From NCBI GenBank assembly GCA_965235115.1, contig OZ249436.1:14448001-14508000 (forward strand): a stretch of DNA of 60,000 bases, given 5' to 3'. A program made the translations under genes and the position numbers. The notes beneath the pieces were generated by a model. It ran no database searches, was not told the origin of the DNA, and worked only from the letters and a program-made list of their open reading frames with translations. The stretch is from Laetmonice hystrix (Eukaryota). Shown piece after piece: positions 23,111 through 36,007 of the stretch; the stretch's first letter is position 1, and every line of letters starts with the position of its first letter.

Positions 23111-23919
23111 CAGGGTTGTAGCCAGAAATTTTTGTCAGAGCGGTACTGAGCGGTACCTGCGGTGGCCGTCTTTCTAGGGGGTCCAGTGGCACAGAGCCGT
23201 TGTGAGGGTGAAATATTAGGGGGGCCTGTGAGCAGTGGCGTAGCTAGACTTTTTTCCATGGGGGTAAGCACCTAAAATTTCCGAAATTTTGTAAGAAAAA
23301 TCTGACAAGTGCAAAAAAAACCCCCAAAAGTCCACAACACCCTCCCTCCCCCCAAAAGGAACATTTTTACCGAATACAGCGAACTTTATCAAATTGGACT
23401 CTTAAAATTTTGAAATTGGGGGGGGCGGGGCGGGCCCCTATGGGCACGACGGCACTGGGTCAGGCCTTAGGAATCCCTCAACTTGGGAAAACCGCACTGT
23501 AGTTTGGTTTCATTTCATGATCTGGTGTCCCAGAACATCGGCAGATGGCAAATTTCTGAATTTTCCATTTTTCAGAGCTGGGGGGGGGGGCAATTGCCCC
23601 CCTGCCCCCTGTAGCCAGCCCCGTAGCCATCCCGATCCCCCCCGCCAGACCCAAAAGTTCCACCTCGCCTACAGGACCAAGATCTGTGTCGCCGAGTTCC
23701 ACCCCACCGTCCTTAGATCCCCCCCACAAACAAAGCTGGCTACAGGCCTGGTAGCTATGCCACTGCCCGTGAACATGCTTAGGTATACCGAGAATACCCT
23801 TCCAAGAAAAATCTGACAACCAAACAAAAAAAAAATTATTTTAAAAATATTTTTGAAAATTCTCAACGCGGCAGTACAGAGAAATAGCCGAGGCTGCTTG
23901 AGCTAGAATGTGCCACTGG
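23111..23919. mobile_element. Cluster of interleaved short hAT-like MITE ends
   Basis: Inverted pairs: CAGGGTTGTAGCCAG (23111) / CTGGCTACAGGCCTG (23750); CAGTGGCGTAGCTA (23233) / TAGCTATGCCACTG (23765); CAGAGCCGTTGTG (23191) / CACGACGGCACTG (23457); CAGTGGCACA (23184) / TGTGCCACTG (~23918). Confidence 0.6.
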
Positions 23920-26391
23920 TGGTATCATTGAGTCAAGTGCTAAAAATAATTTACACAACAAATTTTGGTAGTTAAAAAAAGTACATTGTTAAAATTCAAT
24001 CTAATCACAGCTAATGCTTTCATTCCTATGCATGCTTTCATGATAACCACCACTAGACTACAACCAGGAATTGCTGTGCACCTGGTCCCAAATGCAGCTG
24101 TGGTGGCCTAAATATAGAGAGCTGGGCATTTCCAGTCACATGGGGGATGTTTCTCTGCGTGGGTGTGCCATGTAGGCTGGAGACTAGTTGACCCAGATTT
24201 TACCAAACTCCATTGATTGTGTTATTTGAACCCATCTACCTGGGTATAGCATTGGTGTTAGATATGTCATCTCTATCACGGTATCTTTTCAATCTGACAT
24301 ATAGGCACCATGACTTTTGAGATTTCCAGTATGGCGCAAGTATTTCTACATGTTCATGTTCAGGTTCTGATATTGGGTCTACTCCGGTGTAGAGACTGAG
24401 AAGTTTTATTTCTCATGCATTCAGTTAGATTAACGGCAAGTAGAGACATTTAAGATAGCTCAAAAACAGTCAAGAGAAGGATAAAAGTGTGGGCAATCCA
24501 AGTAAGGTGGTTGTCAAATTGCATCTGGTGGCTATCCAGTCTCCATCATTCTTCTAAATGGCATCTTGTTTGGGCAGAAGCCACTGCACAACTTTGTCGA
24601 CCAAGGACATGGGAGCAAGATTTTCATGTCACCACCAGACTTAGCTGAATGTTAGCATTGTATCTTCAGGGATCAAAATTGGTACCATCCAACCAGGGGC
24701 TAATTTTAGCCTGTGGGTATATGGGAAAAGGGTGAAAAACTTTTACCTTGACCATGGATTGCTGATTTGCCTAGGCACATATAAATATGCCATTTGAAAG
24801 TTATCCCAGAACTTGGAAGAATTGTCCGACTTGCAAGCTGTATTTCAGAAACAAGTACAATTTGTCTACATGGACAACCAAGGTTAGCAGCAATGTCAGT
24901 TTATAAGTGAACCTCAATATTTAACTTTAAGCACCGTGACCACTGAAATGTTAAAGTGCAGCCTGCTAAAGGATTTCTACATGTTTGAATAGTTAGTGTA
25001 AGAAAAAAGTTCCATGCTCCTGGGTATTGGAATGGAAAGGAACTTTCAAAACAGAACTTTACTCAGTATCCTGAAATAACTTTAACTGGGCTAAAAAGTA
25101 GACTTTAAAAGTATTTGTCTCCCATGATTATGATACAGTCAGGCTAGTGCATGTGTTCAAAATGAGATCAGCAAGATTAAGTTTATTTATTCAGTTAGTT
25201 CTGTTGCTTTAAAGGCCAGAAAATGTGGACGAACTGGCAACCGGGAGTACATAATTATAGGCCTATACTTAGATAAATACTTATTGGCATATTCGCAAGA
25301 CAGACCAATCGTCCTAACATTGCTAGAATATTATGGCAGTGTTATACAGCACTTGTCAGATAGCCTATTTAGAATTGGGGTCCTGCAGACCCCTTTGGGG
25401 GTTCCTTCTCCTCCAAAAAGAGTCAATCCCCCTGAAAAAAAACTAATGGTTAATGGTTAATGAAACTTTAAAGCGACTTATTTTTTACTGGTTTCTGCAT
25501 CGTTTGGGAGGGGGGGGGGGACCATTTACAAATCAATCATTACTAAAGTATGAAGAAAAATAAAAACTGAAGGGATATTTCTTGGAGAGTCAAGAAGCCT
25601 GCGTCCTCCACAGGCTGCCACTCCCCCTGGTGTGAAAGGCTTAAACCCATGTGGTGAGGCCATGCGTACACCAAGATGATGGGGATGTTGGCCAAGCAGA
25701 CAACGACAGCCGCTTCGTGCTTGATCAATACTCGCCCACAGCAGCTGAGCCTGAAGTTTACATGTCCCAAGTCTCCTGTGATACGGGATGCAATATCGTC
25801 ACTCTGAAATCTACCTAAATATTAGGCAGTCATAATGATTCTTTTTTTTATGAAATGTGAAATGATTCTCTCTTTTTTTATGAAATGTGGCATCATGATC
25901 ATACAGCAGTCAGTATGTGATGAGTTAGGTAGAGAGTAATCTTTAGGACAGGTGCACTGTGAAGACAAACTTTGAGTTTGATGAAGCCACATGCTGAGCA
26001 CTGCAACATTGAAAATGTTGCTTAGCTGAGGCTCTTTCTGAAATTCTAGAGAAACTTGAAGCTAGACAAGGAACTGATGAAGTGGAAAACAGTGGATTGT
26101 CCATAGTGGATTGTCCACATTTGTGTTCAGCATTTAATCCTGGCAACAATATTTATAAATATTTTTATATTATTTCTTTTGTACAGGCTGACAGGTAATC
26201 CATTATTTAAGATGCAATGCCACATAAATTTTTTATTTATTTTGTGCTTCATAGCCCGCCTTTGGAGTCTCTACCTCTGTTGTGCACAGCTCTCATTGAT
26301 ATTATCATGGATCATGGTTGGACTATTTTATCTATAGATAAGTTCAGTTCTAGGAGGACCAAACTAAGTGTCTCAAAGTAGGATAGTTTAA

Positions 26392-26514
26392 AGGCCGGTT
26401 TATAGTCCGTTGGCCGACCATCACCCGACCTGACGGCCGGATCGCTGGACTTCGCTGCAACTATAATTTTAAAAACGATCAGCGATGGTCGCCCTACGGA
26501 CTATAAACTGGGCT
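26392..26514. mobile_element. Short Harbinger-like MITE
   Basis: TIR AGGCCGGTTTATAGTCCGT / ACGGACTATAAACTGGGCT with TAA/TTA flanks. Confidence 0.75.
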
Positions 26515-27234
26515 TTACTGCGATTGACGATTTAATGCTGCCATCAACAGCACACTGCAGATATGGTATCCTTTGAACTACAACAACCATGCGTATATAA
26601 TTAATGCCAAGTTAAATTTCTAAGCTAACGAGACCCGATTTATCATTCTTTACCCCAAAAAAACCTTCTCATTTACTGGTTGTTTCCAGTAACTACCATT
26701 CAAGTTGAAAGCCAGCCTGACTGGGTTAAAAGGCCAGTATTGCGGCATAGCTGAATAGTGATGACGTTTTGTGCACCATCAATAGATGAGCCAGATAGAT
26801 TGCTCGCTATGTGGGGCCAGCGTCGTTCGGTACTCAGGCTAGTGCGGTGGTAGTAATGTGACAGTTTGCTAAGCTCCTGGCACACAAGCTGTAGTAAACC
26901 GCTTGCCCAAGTGTCTCCCATCAGGCTTTTATGCCTGGAGGGGATGGAGAATGTGGTATGCAAAATAACAATTAGCTGAAGCTTATTGTATTCTAGGCAC
27001 CTGGAATCTTGTAATCTGTATGAACCATGATTTAAAATTTAGACTTGAAGAGTGTAAAAAAAATTATTGGTGTTAAGATCAACAGTGAAAGGTAAGGCCC
27101 GAAATAAAGACAAGCACTTGCAATACATCTTTATTTCACACTCGACCCTATTTTAAGTATAAATCCCTACCCAACAAAATTTACCAGAATTTGATATCAT
27201 TTTGTAGAAAAGTGATCTTAAATCTTGTTTTATC

Positions 27235-27314
27235 GTAGGAGCAGAAAACGGGTTGGGGCCAACCAGTGAGGCTTGCATGCCGTTGGAGTACTATGGACGT
27301 GCAATAGGCCATGA
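27235..27314 (+). repeat. Direct duplicate of part of the JNK first coding exon (28903-28979)
   Basis: About 77 nt match with 5 substitutions and a 3-nt insertion, preceded by an acceptor-like TCTTGTTTTATCGTAG. Confidence 0.9.
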
Positions 27315-28770
27315 TCATGATGTGTAATATACATTTAATCCTAACAAAATAAATACAACATGTAGATGCTTAGAGTTAATGTTTTTTTCACCCCAGTAGG
27401 TACTGATACGGCAATAATGGTGCTGTTTACACTCTGTGGTAATCTTACCTGTGTAACCTGAGCAATAGGGGCGAATGATGAGTAATTTATAGGAAGTATT
27501 TTTAGAAATATGTATTCAGAGGTGTGATGATCAATAAACCTCCAGTACTGATGGTGGAGCCAAAGTACTAGGAGCAGCAGTCATCAACCCCGCATTTTAC
27601 CTTCTTCCCCCCCCCCCCCCCCCCCCCCCCCGTCTGCCTCTGGCCTCTTGTGACGGCGGCTCCACCCATACACAAGTAACCCCCACCCCCGCCCCTTTAC
27701 CATCAAGGCCAGGCCGGTTGGCATTCCAGCGTGACTCAGCTGAGACTAGATCAATAATAGTCCGAACTCAGGTGGTGGGATAGAAAGAGGCTGTGAAGGT
27801 AGCAATGTATGGATCCTGTAGATAAAGGCAGGAGCAGGCAGACGCCAAGAGAGACAAGGGAGAGGGTAGAGCCTCCTGCCAGCATGGTCATCATATCCTT
27901 CGGACAGCCAAAGAATGGAAGCCCACCAGCGCATCCTTCAGATGTGGTGAGCCAAGCGTTTAGTCTATATGAAACCTCAGACATTGAATGCATGTCCTGG
28001 GTCTGATTTGTGAGTACGAGGAGACAGATCATAGTTGAATACACTGAAATGAAAGGCCTAGGCTGAAGGACCAAATGTTATTAACCGTGGCGAAACTGGA
28101 CACCAGGGTTCCCCTGGATTTTCAAATGGAAGGGCGATCAACAGGAGCCAGATAGATCAGAAGGATTATCCAGCCAACTGCATCACTCTAGGGAATAATG
28201 ATCAAAGTGTTAGTGTTACAGTTCATGCCTGCAAGATAGCAGTCTATAATTGTACACAGTTTGCATTTGAGATTTGTTTATTGCTGAAAATTAGTGGAGG
28301 GATATTCCCCCTTCACAGATATTGAGTGGGGGGGGGGGGGTTGAACCCCCAGCCCCCACTCAAGACTTGTCACTGGTAGAAACTCTGAATACCATGGTCT
28401 GTGTGGAAGCCCTGCATTCAGGAGGGAGGAGAAGGTACATATCCTAAGACAATGTGTGGAGAACCTTGCACTTGTTTGAAAATGGAAATTTCTGGTGACA
28501 GTCCGTTTGTTGCTCTGTTAAATATAGCCTTGTTTTTTATGTCTGATCAACTTTAAATAATCATGGCATATGCATTGAAGCAATCTTTTCAGTAAACCAT
28601 GTGTACATAGCACAAACCAGGTTTTTTTTTCAAACATGTTTGACTGGTGCCACCATCCTGATGTTCTACCTGAGAACTGAATGGCTTTGAAGTACCCCTT
28701 CCCCAAATAATTACTTTTCTGACTTTTGGCTTGACTTTTCAGCCTTTTGCCTGTTGCTGATCAATGTTAA

Positions 28771-29124
<354 letters not shown>

Positions 29125-31725
29125 TGAGTATTGCCGGAGAGGCTTGTTTTACATTGTGTCTTTAAATACCTGGTATTTTTTATTTTCACAATTGTTGCAC
29201 ATGTTATGCTGTCTGTCATACTGATCTAAAAATCTAAATCATCATCATTCTTTATTTTAGCAAACGTTTTGTAATTATTTACTTCAGGCATAGATAATAC
29301 TATGTTTTATCATGAAGCATTGCATTATACGACAATGTTAAATTGTTGTCAGTCAAAGAGAGACGTAACAAGATCAGATTTATGCTGACTTGGAGCTGCC
29401 GTTCAGTAAATTTACTCCCTCGTGTCTTTCTCAATCATTGAGGCTTGTCCTAGAAGAAATACAAAGCATAAGAGAGCTGTTTGTGTTCACGTTGCTGTGT
29501 CTCGGATCAGTCCATGTAAAGTGGTTAATGGACATGTAGCATGGCATACACATAAGACCGTCAGCCATGGCAGAAGATGGCGATATGCTTATCAAGGACA
29601 GCTTTCTTGTCTGACATAATTGTTGATCACAAACAGTAAGAGGGCTGACGCAGCACTTCTGATGGCATCATCCCCTAACTGCTGAAAAATTCATATTTTC
29701 AGTCTTGAGAGCCTGAGGAAGTAGTCTTCTGTTTCGGGATTTATTGTTCAATTTGGTATGATAGGTGAACCGGTTTCAGATTTAAAATTTGAAATCCATT
29801 AAGATGGGGTCTCTCAGATCCAACTTTTTTCCTGATGGAATAACTGGCTGGGTTTCCATAATGATCGACACAGGCTTTATAGTCTTCAGACCTGAGGACT
29901 TTGCCAGCCTGGATGCGAATGAACTAGTACCTTATTTTGCAGCTATCAGAATCACAGGTGAATTAATACTCGCTGAGGTCATACTTATAGAGTATGAGGA
30001 CTCGATGCTGGTTACTGGCCAATAGGACCAAGTTGATATATATTGTCTTTTTGATTGAACTAAAAAAGTACTGATATTTTTTTAATTGTTGTGATTACAA
30101 AGTAGGTTCTATTATCTATTTGAATTAAAGCGGAATACTGTTACGTGTAAAATTAGCACAGTCATACATAATTTATCTTTAAATAAATATGTTACAGTTC
30201 TAGTGGTTAACTGTCAACAACATCAAAGTTGACAATAGGCTGTCAAGCTGAATCCATGTACAGCCTTATGTAAAGCAATCACATATTGTACTTTGAAAGC
30301 AGACTACTGTGAGCTCTGATGAAACAGACTTTGTCATGAAGTAAGAAGGCTGAAATGATAAGGCGGTAGCATGGCGAATGTTGGGAGGGTTCTAAGTTGG
30401 ATAGATGCCCGCTGGCAGAAAAGTGGAAATCTAATAGACGGCAGCTGAATCAAGCCTTGAAACGGCGTGGTGTGTCTAGTCGATTCTAGTGATTAGAAAT
30501 TTGTGTTTTGAGGCCCCGGTACAAATGGTTGTGGAGATTGGTGAAATAGGAGAGTCTGACTATTGACACTATTCTACATTGGTTAGTCTCAACATGGAAA
30601 ATGTTCTAAAATGAGAGGTTTAAAATATATAATAAAATTCGTCGTATCTGGATAGCATTTTTCATGTTATAAATGAACATAGTACATTTATCAATTATTA
30701 GATTAAAAGCATGAAATCTGCTTTCTTTTTCACTTTCTCATCAAGTCTCTCACAGCTGAGCCCAATATGGAATATGCTTATTTTGTGCTTTTAGTTTTAC
30801 AGTGACTACCGGACCTTGGCTTTGAGAGGGAGACATCCAAGTCTTATAGTAGAACCCCATCCCGGGCGGTATAATGCAATTTAGTGGCTGGCCTCAAATA
30901 CACGTTAGGCAGGCCAAGAAAGCTTCGCACCAATAAATCAGAGGTGGTAAAATCTGCGATCAGCTGTGGCATTGTATGTGGAATAATGAAGGCATAGCAA
31001 GTGGAACTCGCGCTCTATGTGCCTCATATCCGCTGAATGAAATCCGAATGTATACATGATTTATTCATATTGGAAGTTCATAGTGTTGGTGTGCTTGGCG
31101 AGTAAAGGGCTTTCCCGACAATATTACCGCTTTAATACCGTAGACGTGGAGATGTCGACAGGATCGTCACAATAAACTCTTTCAAATACATTATTAAATG
31201 GTGCAGGCGTCAAATTTGGGTATGTTGAATGTAAACTTTTGCGGCCTCATTTTTCACCTGGTGAACTCGACATGCCCTGTTAATCAAATTGATAAAACTC
31301 CTATTCCGCCTCAGACTACAAACTCTGATTGTGAAGCCTGAGAATGGTCTTAGAATGCCTCATAGGGTCTCGGCTGAATAGGGAGTCTAACAAGATGATG
31401 TCGGATTATACGGGAGGAGCGAACTGTCGGGGGTAAATGTCAACATTTTATGTATTCTTAGGTGTTATGCCACGTCCTAATAAAATATTGATGATCGAGA
31501 AGTCCATCACTTGGAACTGTGGAGACTGTGTAGTACTAGAAGTTGGACCAAGCCTCCTTTGCCATTTTCAGTGGCATTTTGACAAAGTCGATGTCGTTGT
31601 GAAGCACGCCAGGCTGCCGAGAGACACGCAGCCAAGGAGGAAAACTCACCAGAAATAATGGGAAGCCTGAACCTGAGACCTTTAGTTAGACTGTTAGCAT
31701 CAGGATTCGTTGGACGTACCTTTAT

Positions 31726-33742
31726 TTTTAGCCCCCACAACGGGGGGCTTATAATTCGACCTCCGTCCGTCCGTCCGTACGGCCGTCCGTCCGTCCGTCC
31801 GTATGTCCGTAGACAGCGATTTCTCAGAAGTGTATGGGTCGATTTCTTTGAAACTTCACACAAGGATCAGGGATGAACTGAGGATGATGCACGTCAAACA
31901 GATTTTTGATATCATTCAAAATGGCCGCTTGGCGGCCATTTTGGATGAAAACACATTTTGAGCAATAACTCAGCCAAAACAATCACGATTTCTTTCAAAC
32001 ATGGTGCAGGGATGAGGCATAATGAGGGCCAATATGCATCACAATAAAATTTCAATTCAGATCCAAAATGGCGAGATGGCGGCCATATTTGTTTCTTGAC
32101 CCCCACAATGACACTGTTTTGGCTTATATCTCGAAAACGGTGCAAGATGACGCAATAGTTACTATTATTGATAGATAGGAAGTCATATAGGACGTTTCAT
32201 TTGGCGCCATTTTCGATGACCTTGAGCGACCTTGAAAGGTCAATCAAGGTTATGCATATTTTCAATAGCCTGGATCTTCAAAACAGTTAAAGATAACGAC
32301 ATAATCTTGCAAGAAACATTACATAATGATCCGGGACAGTCCACGGATGAGGCAGGTCAAAGATATTTTTGACATCAGTCAAAATGGCCGCGTTGTGGCC
32401 ATCTTTGATGTAAACACATTTGGAGTAATAACTCACACAAAACGATCCCGATTTCTTTCAAATTTGGCGGACAGAAGGTGTATATGAGGGGCAATGTATA
32501 TGCCAATGTATTGCCAGATCAGAGCAAATATGGCGACATGGCGGCCATATTAATATTTTACCCCCCCCCCATAACACTGTTTTGGCTCATATCTCGAAAA
32601 CGGTGCAAGATAAGGCAATAGTTATTATTATTGACAGATAGGAAGTCATATATGACGTTTCATTTGACGCCATTTTCGATGACCTTGAGCGACCTTGAAA
32701 GGTCAATCAAGGTCATGCATATTTGCAATAGCCTGGATCTTCAAAACAGTTAAAGATAACGACATAATCTTGCATGAAACATTACATCATGATCCGGGAC
32801 AGTCCACGGATGAGACAGGTCAAAATGGCCGCGTGGTGGCCATCTTGGATGTAAACACATTTGGAGCAATAACTCGGACAAAACGATCCCGATTTCTTTC
32901 AAATTTGGTGGAAAGAAGGTGTATATGAGGGGCAATGTATATGCCAATGTATTGCCAGATCAGAGCAAATATGGCGACATGGCGGCCATATTAATATTTT
33001 ACTCCCCCCCCCCATAACACTGTTTTGGCTCATATCTCGAAAACGGTGCAAGATAAGGCAACAGTTATTATTATTATTGATAGATAGGAAGTCATATATG
33101 AAGTTTCATTTGGCGTCATTTTCCATGACCTTGAGCGACCTTGAAAGGTCAATCAAGGTCATGCATATTTTAATGGCCTGTACCTCCAAACCAGTTGAAA
33201 ATAACAACATCTAATCTTGCATGAAACATTACATAATAACCAGGGACAGTCTAAGGAGGACACAGGCCAAATATATGGCTTGGTGGCCATCTTGGATTTA
33301 AAGAAGTTCGAAGCAATAACTCTGGATTTCTGGATTTCGTTCTTGCTGACAGAATGCATGAGGGGCAACAAGCGTGCGAAAAGTACGTATAGTCCCCGGA
33401 CCCACAGATAATTTGTCCCTACTCAGTTGGTTCACGCCAGACAACGCTATCAAACTGTACATAACTGACCTCTAAAGGTCAATCGAGGTCAAGCATATCT
33501 ACAAAACACTTCATGTCGGATAACACTATCAAACTGTACATAACTGTATAGTTATTGCAGAGACATGCATCTTTACGCCGGATAACGCCATCAAGCTGTA
33601 CAACTGCATAGAACTTTACTAAGTTTACAAAGTTTCATTTGACAATATTTCCTTTGCCCTTCAAAGATCAATTGAAGTCGTGCATCGTTTTTTCAAGAAT
33701 CCATAGTTCGTGGTGGGGGCTATAAGCTTCACAAGCTTGTAG
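31726..33742 (+). mobile_element. Helentron-associated non-autonomous element (HINE/DINE-1-like) with an internal ~450-bp tandem array
   Basis: 5' AGCCCCCAC subTIR with partner GGGGGGCT, (CCGT)n microsatellite, ~3 tandem units (anchors at 32111, 32574, 33017), 3' GTGGGGGCT plus palindrome AAGCTTCACAAGCTT, T-rich flanks. Confidence 0.82.
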
Positions 33743-35976
33743 ATTTTATTATGTCGATAATATTCACCACTGCAAGATTGTATGATGACATCTATAGCGA
33801 CAGTTTACTAACTCTGTGAAAAGAAATAACGATCAGAACAAGTCACCTGTGTGATGACCGGAAAATTCAAAATTGCTCAAGATCATTTCCAGGTATACAA
33901 AATTGTATGATCGGGATTGGCAGCCCTCTTTGCGTAGATTCTTGCTTGGAGACATTTAGCCATCCTACATAACGGCCCTTGATGAAGCCAGTTAGTTTTC
34001 TGAATCCCAGATGGCATTGGCAAACTCTGCCAGTAACTGCAGCAGATGGCAGGAAATTGTGGTATGCTCATCAGAATGCTGTTTACACCTTGGCCTAGTG
34101 GTTGGGCTAGCAAGGAAATTAAGCAGCGGTCCAGGCTACTGGCACATGTAATCTGTGGTGTGTGTATGTGGTGTTAGTAGTATTGGCAGTAGGGCCAGCG
34201 GCCATATTCTCTCTGGCTGAGTGGTTTGGTTTGGAGCGATTATGGCCTAAAAGTGCTTCGTGGGTATTTGCATGGTTTTAATTTCAGATGTGCATACCAA
34301 CCCCGTACTCATGAACTACACAGTCAGGTTGGGAACCAATGATGCCAGGAAATGGTCACATTGAAAACTAGGATGTTACGGTTAGGTAGAGAGTTAGAGA
34401 GTTTGACATGACTGATTATGGAGAGCAGCAGGTCGTATGATGACATCATGTGTCCTGTTCCTCCTCCAGCCTGTGATTGCCTGATCAGCTGTCTAACTCC
34501 CGACACTGGCAAATCATACGGAGCTCTGGTCGTGAGGCGGATGGACGCCAAAGCTCCAACTCGGAGCCATAGTCTGTGAATCATGAGTCAACATTTGTCA
34601 TGGCAGATTAACAGAAAGGGGACTGGGAGCTGAAGACTGACAGGAATGCACTTACTGACCCCAAAGTGTCAGCCGCGGCCCATGGCGCATGAGGGAAGTC
34701 CATGTTTATTGCTGACTCTCAGAGCCCTGACCGGCCGGTGAGTTTCCAGGGCCAGGCTCGTCTATCACGGGGAGAAATGCGAGATCAGGACGGTCAGGTG
34801 TCGGCTGTGGGCAGGGAAGGTCACAAAGAAAGGGACGTGTATTATGGGCAGGCGCCACTGACACGAGCCGACAGGGATGGGCTAATCTGGTGGTTGTCGC
34901 CTGAACACTGGACAGCAGGCCTGCAGGCTGGCCACTGGCTCCGGTCGTGGGAACAATGAACAGATGTCCGGGGATCGGATTCAAGGTTTCAAAGTGATAA
35001 TGGACATTGTGGTGGAGAATGCCAGCACACGGGTCGGCTTCCATCACTGTACCCAATTATTACATTACCAGCGGGGCGTTCAGAGCCATCATATGAGACC
35101 TTTAATGAGACCTCCACACATCCCACTTCAATAGGGTTATTACTAAAAACTCTGACTGCATGGCAAGTGGATTATTATATCTCTCTTGTCGTAAATTATA
35201 TGTTTGATACGACTATCTGTCACAATGTACACCATGAATGACACATTATCATAGCACTTATTGTTAATTAATTTTACCATTGCAAAGTTTTTCTTTCCTG
35301 TTGGGATGTGTTAGTTGGGCAGGGGAAGCTATAGCTACTGCTAGCATGGACTGCCTGACAGAATATCTGAACGTGAGAAGTCATCCTCCAACGGGATCAG
35401 ATATGGCCTATTTGTGTGACAGTGTCTGGTGTGGTCTTCTGGGAGAGGTTTCTCTCTGTGCTTATCCTACTTGCCCCTCTCCTCTCACGCGCATAACCTA
35501 ATGGAGGAAGGTAGGGCATCAGCTGCCGGTAGGCTTGCTGGTTTGCAGGCGGCAGGCTTCATGGGAAACACTATTTGGCAAGTCTTGAAAGATCCTCTCT
35601 TCACCTTCTCCCTTAATAACCCCAAACTGACCAGTCCCCGTGTGCCTTCATCCTTGGACAGCCCTGTGTGCTGTGATTCTTTTGAAGATATCGGAGAGTC
35701 AGAAAGATCATGGATTCTGAGGTAACATGCTAAACTCTATAACACAGTCTGGAAATACATTGAACACATTTGATCATCATAAAACCAAGTTTCATCCTGG
35801 TGAAGATGAGAAAGTATAAATGAAAACGCTATCAGTAATAACTGTATTAACGCAACCCGCTTCATGGACAGCTAGACGTTGAGCAACATCCTCACAATGA
35901 GGGCAATGTTTCATCGGGTTGCAATGTTTAACAGAAGGCTATAATGTTCGAGTGGTGCGCAGGTGTTTGTCATTTG

Positions 35977-36007
<31 letters not shown>
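35977..36007. repeat. (TGC)n microsatellite, ~10 units
   Basis: Read directly from the sequence. Confidence 0.95.
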
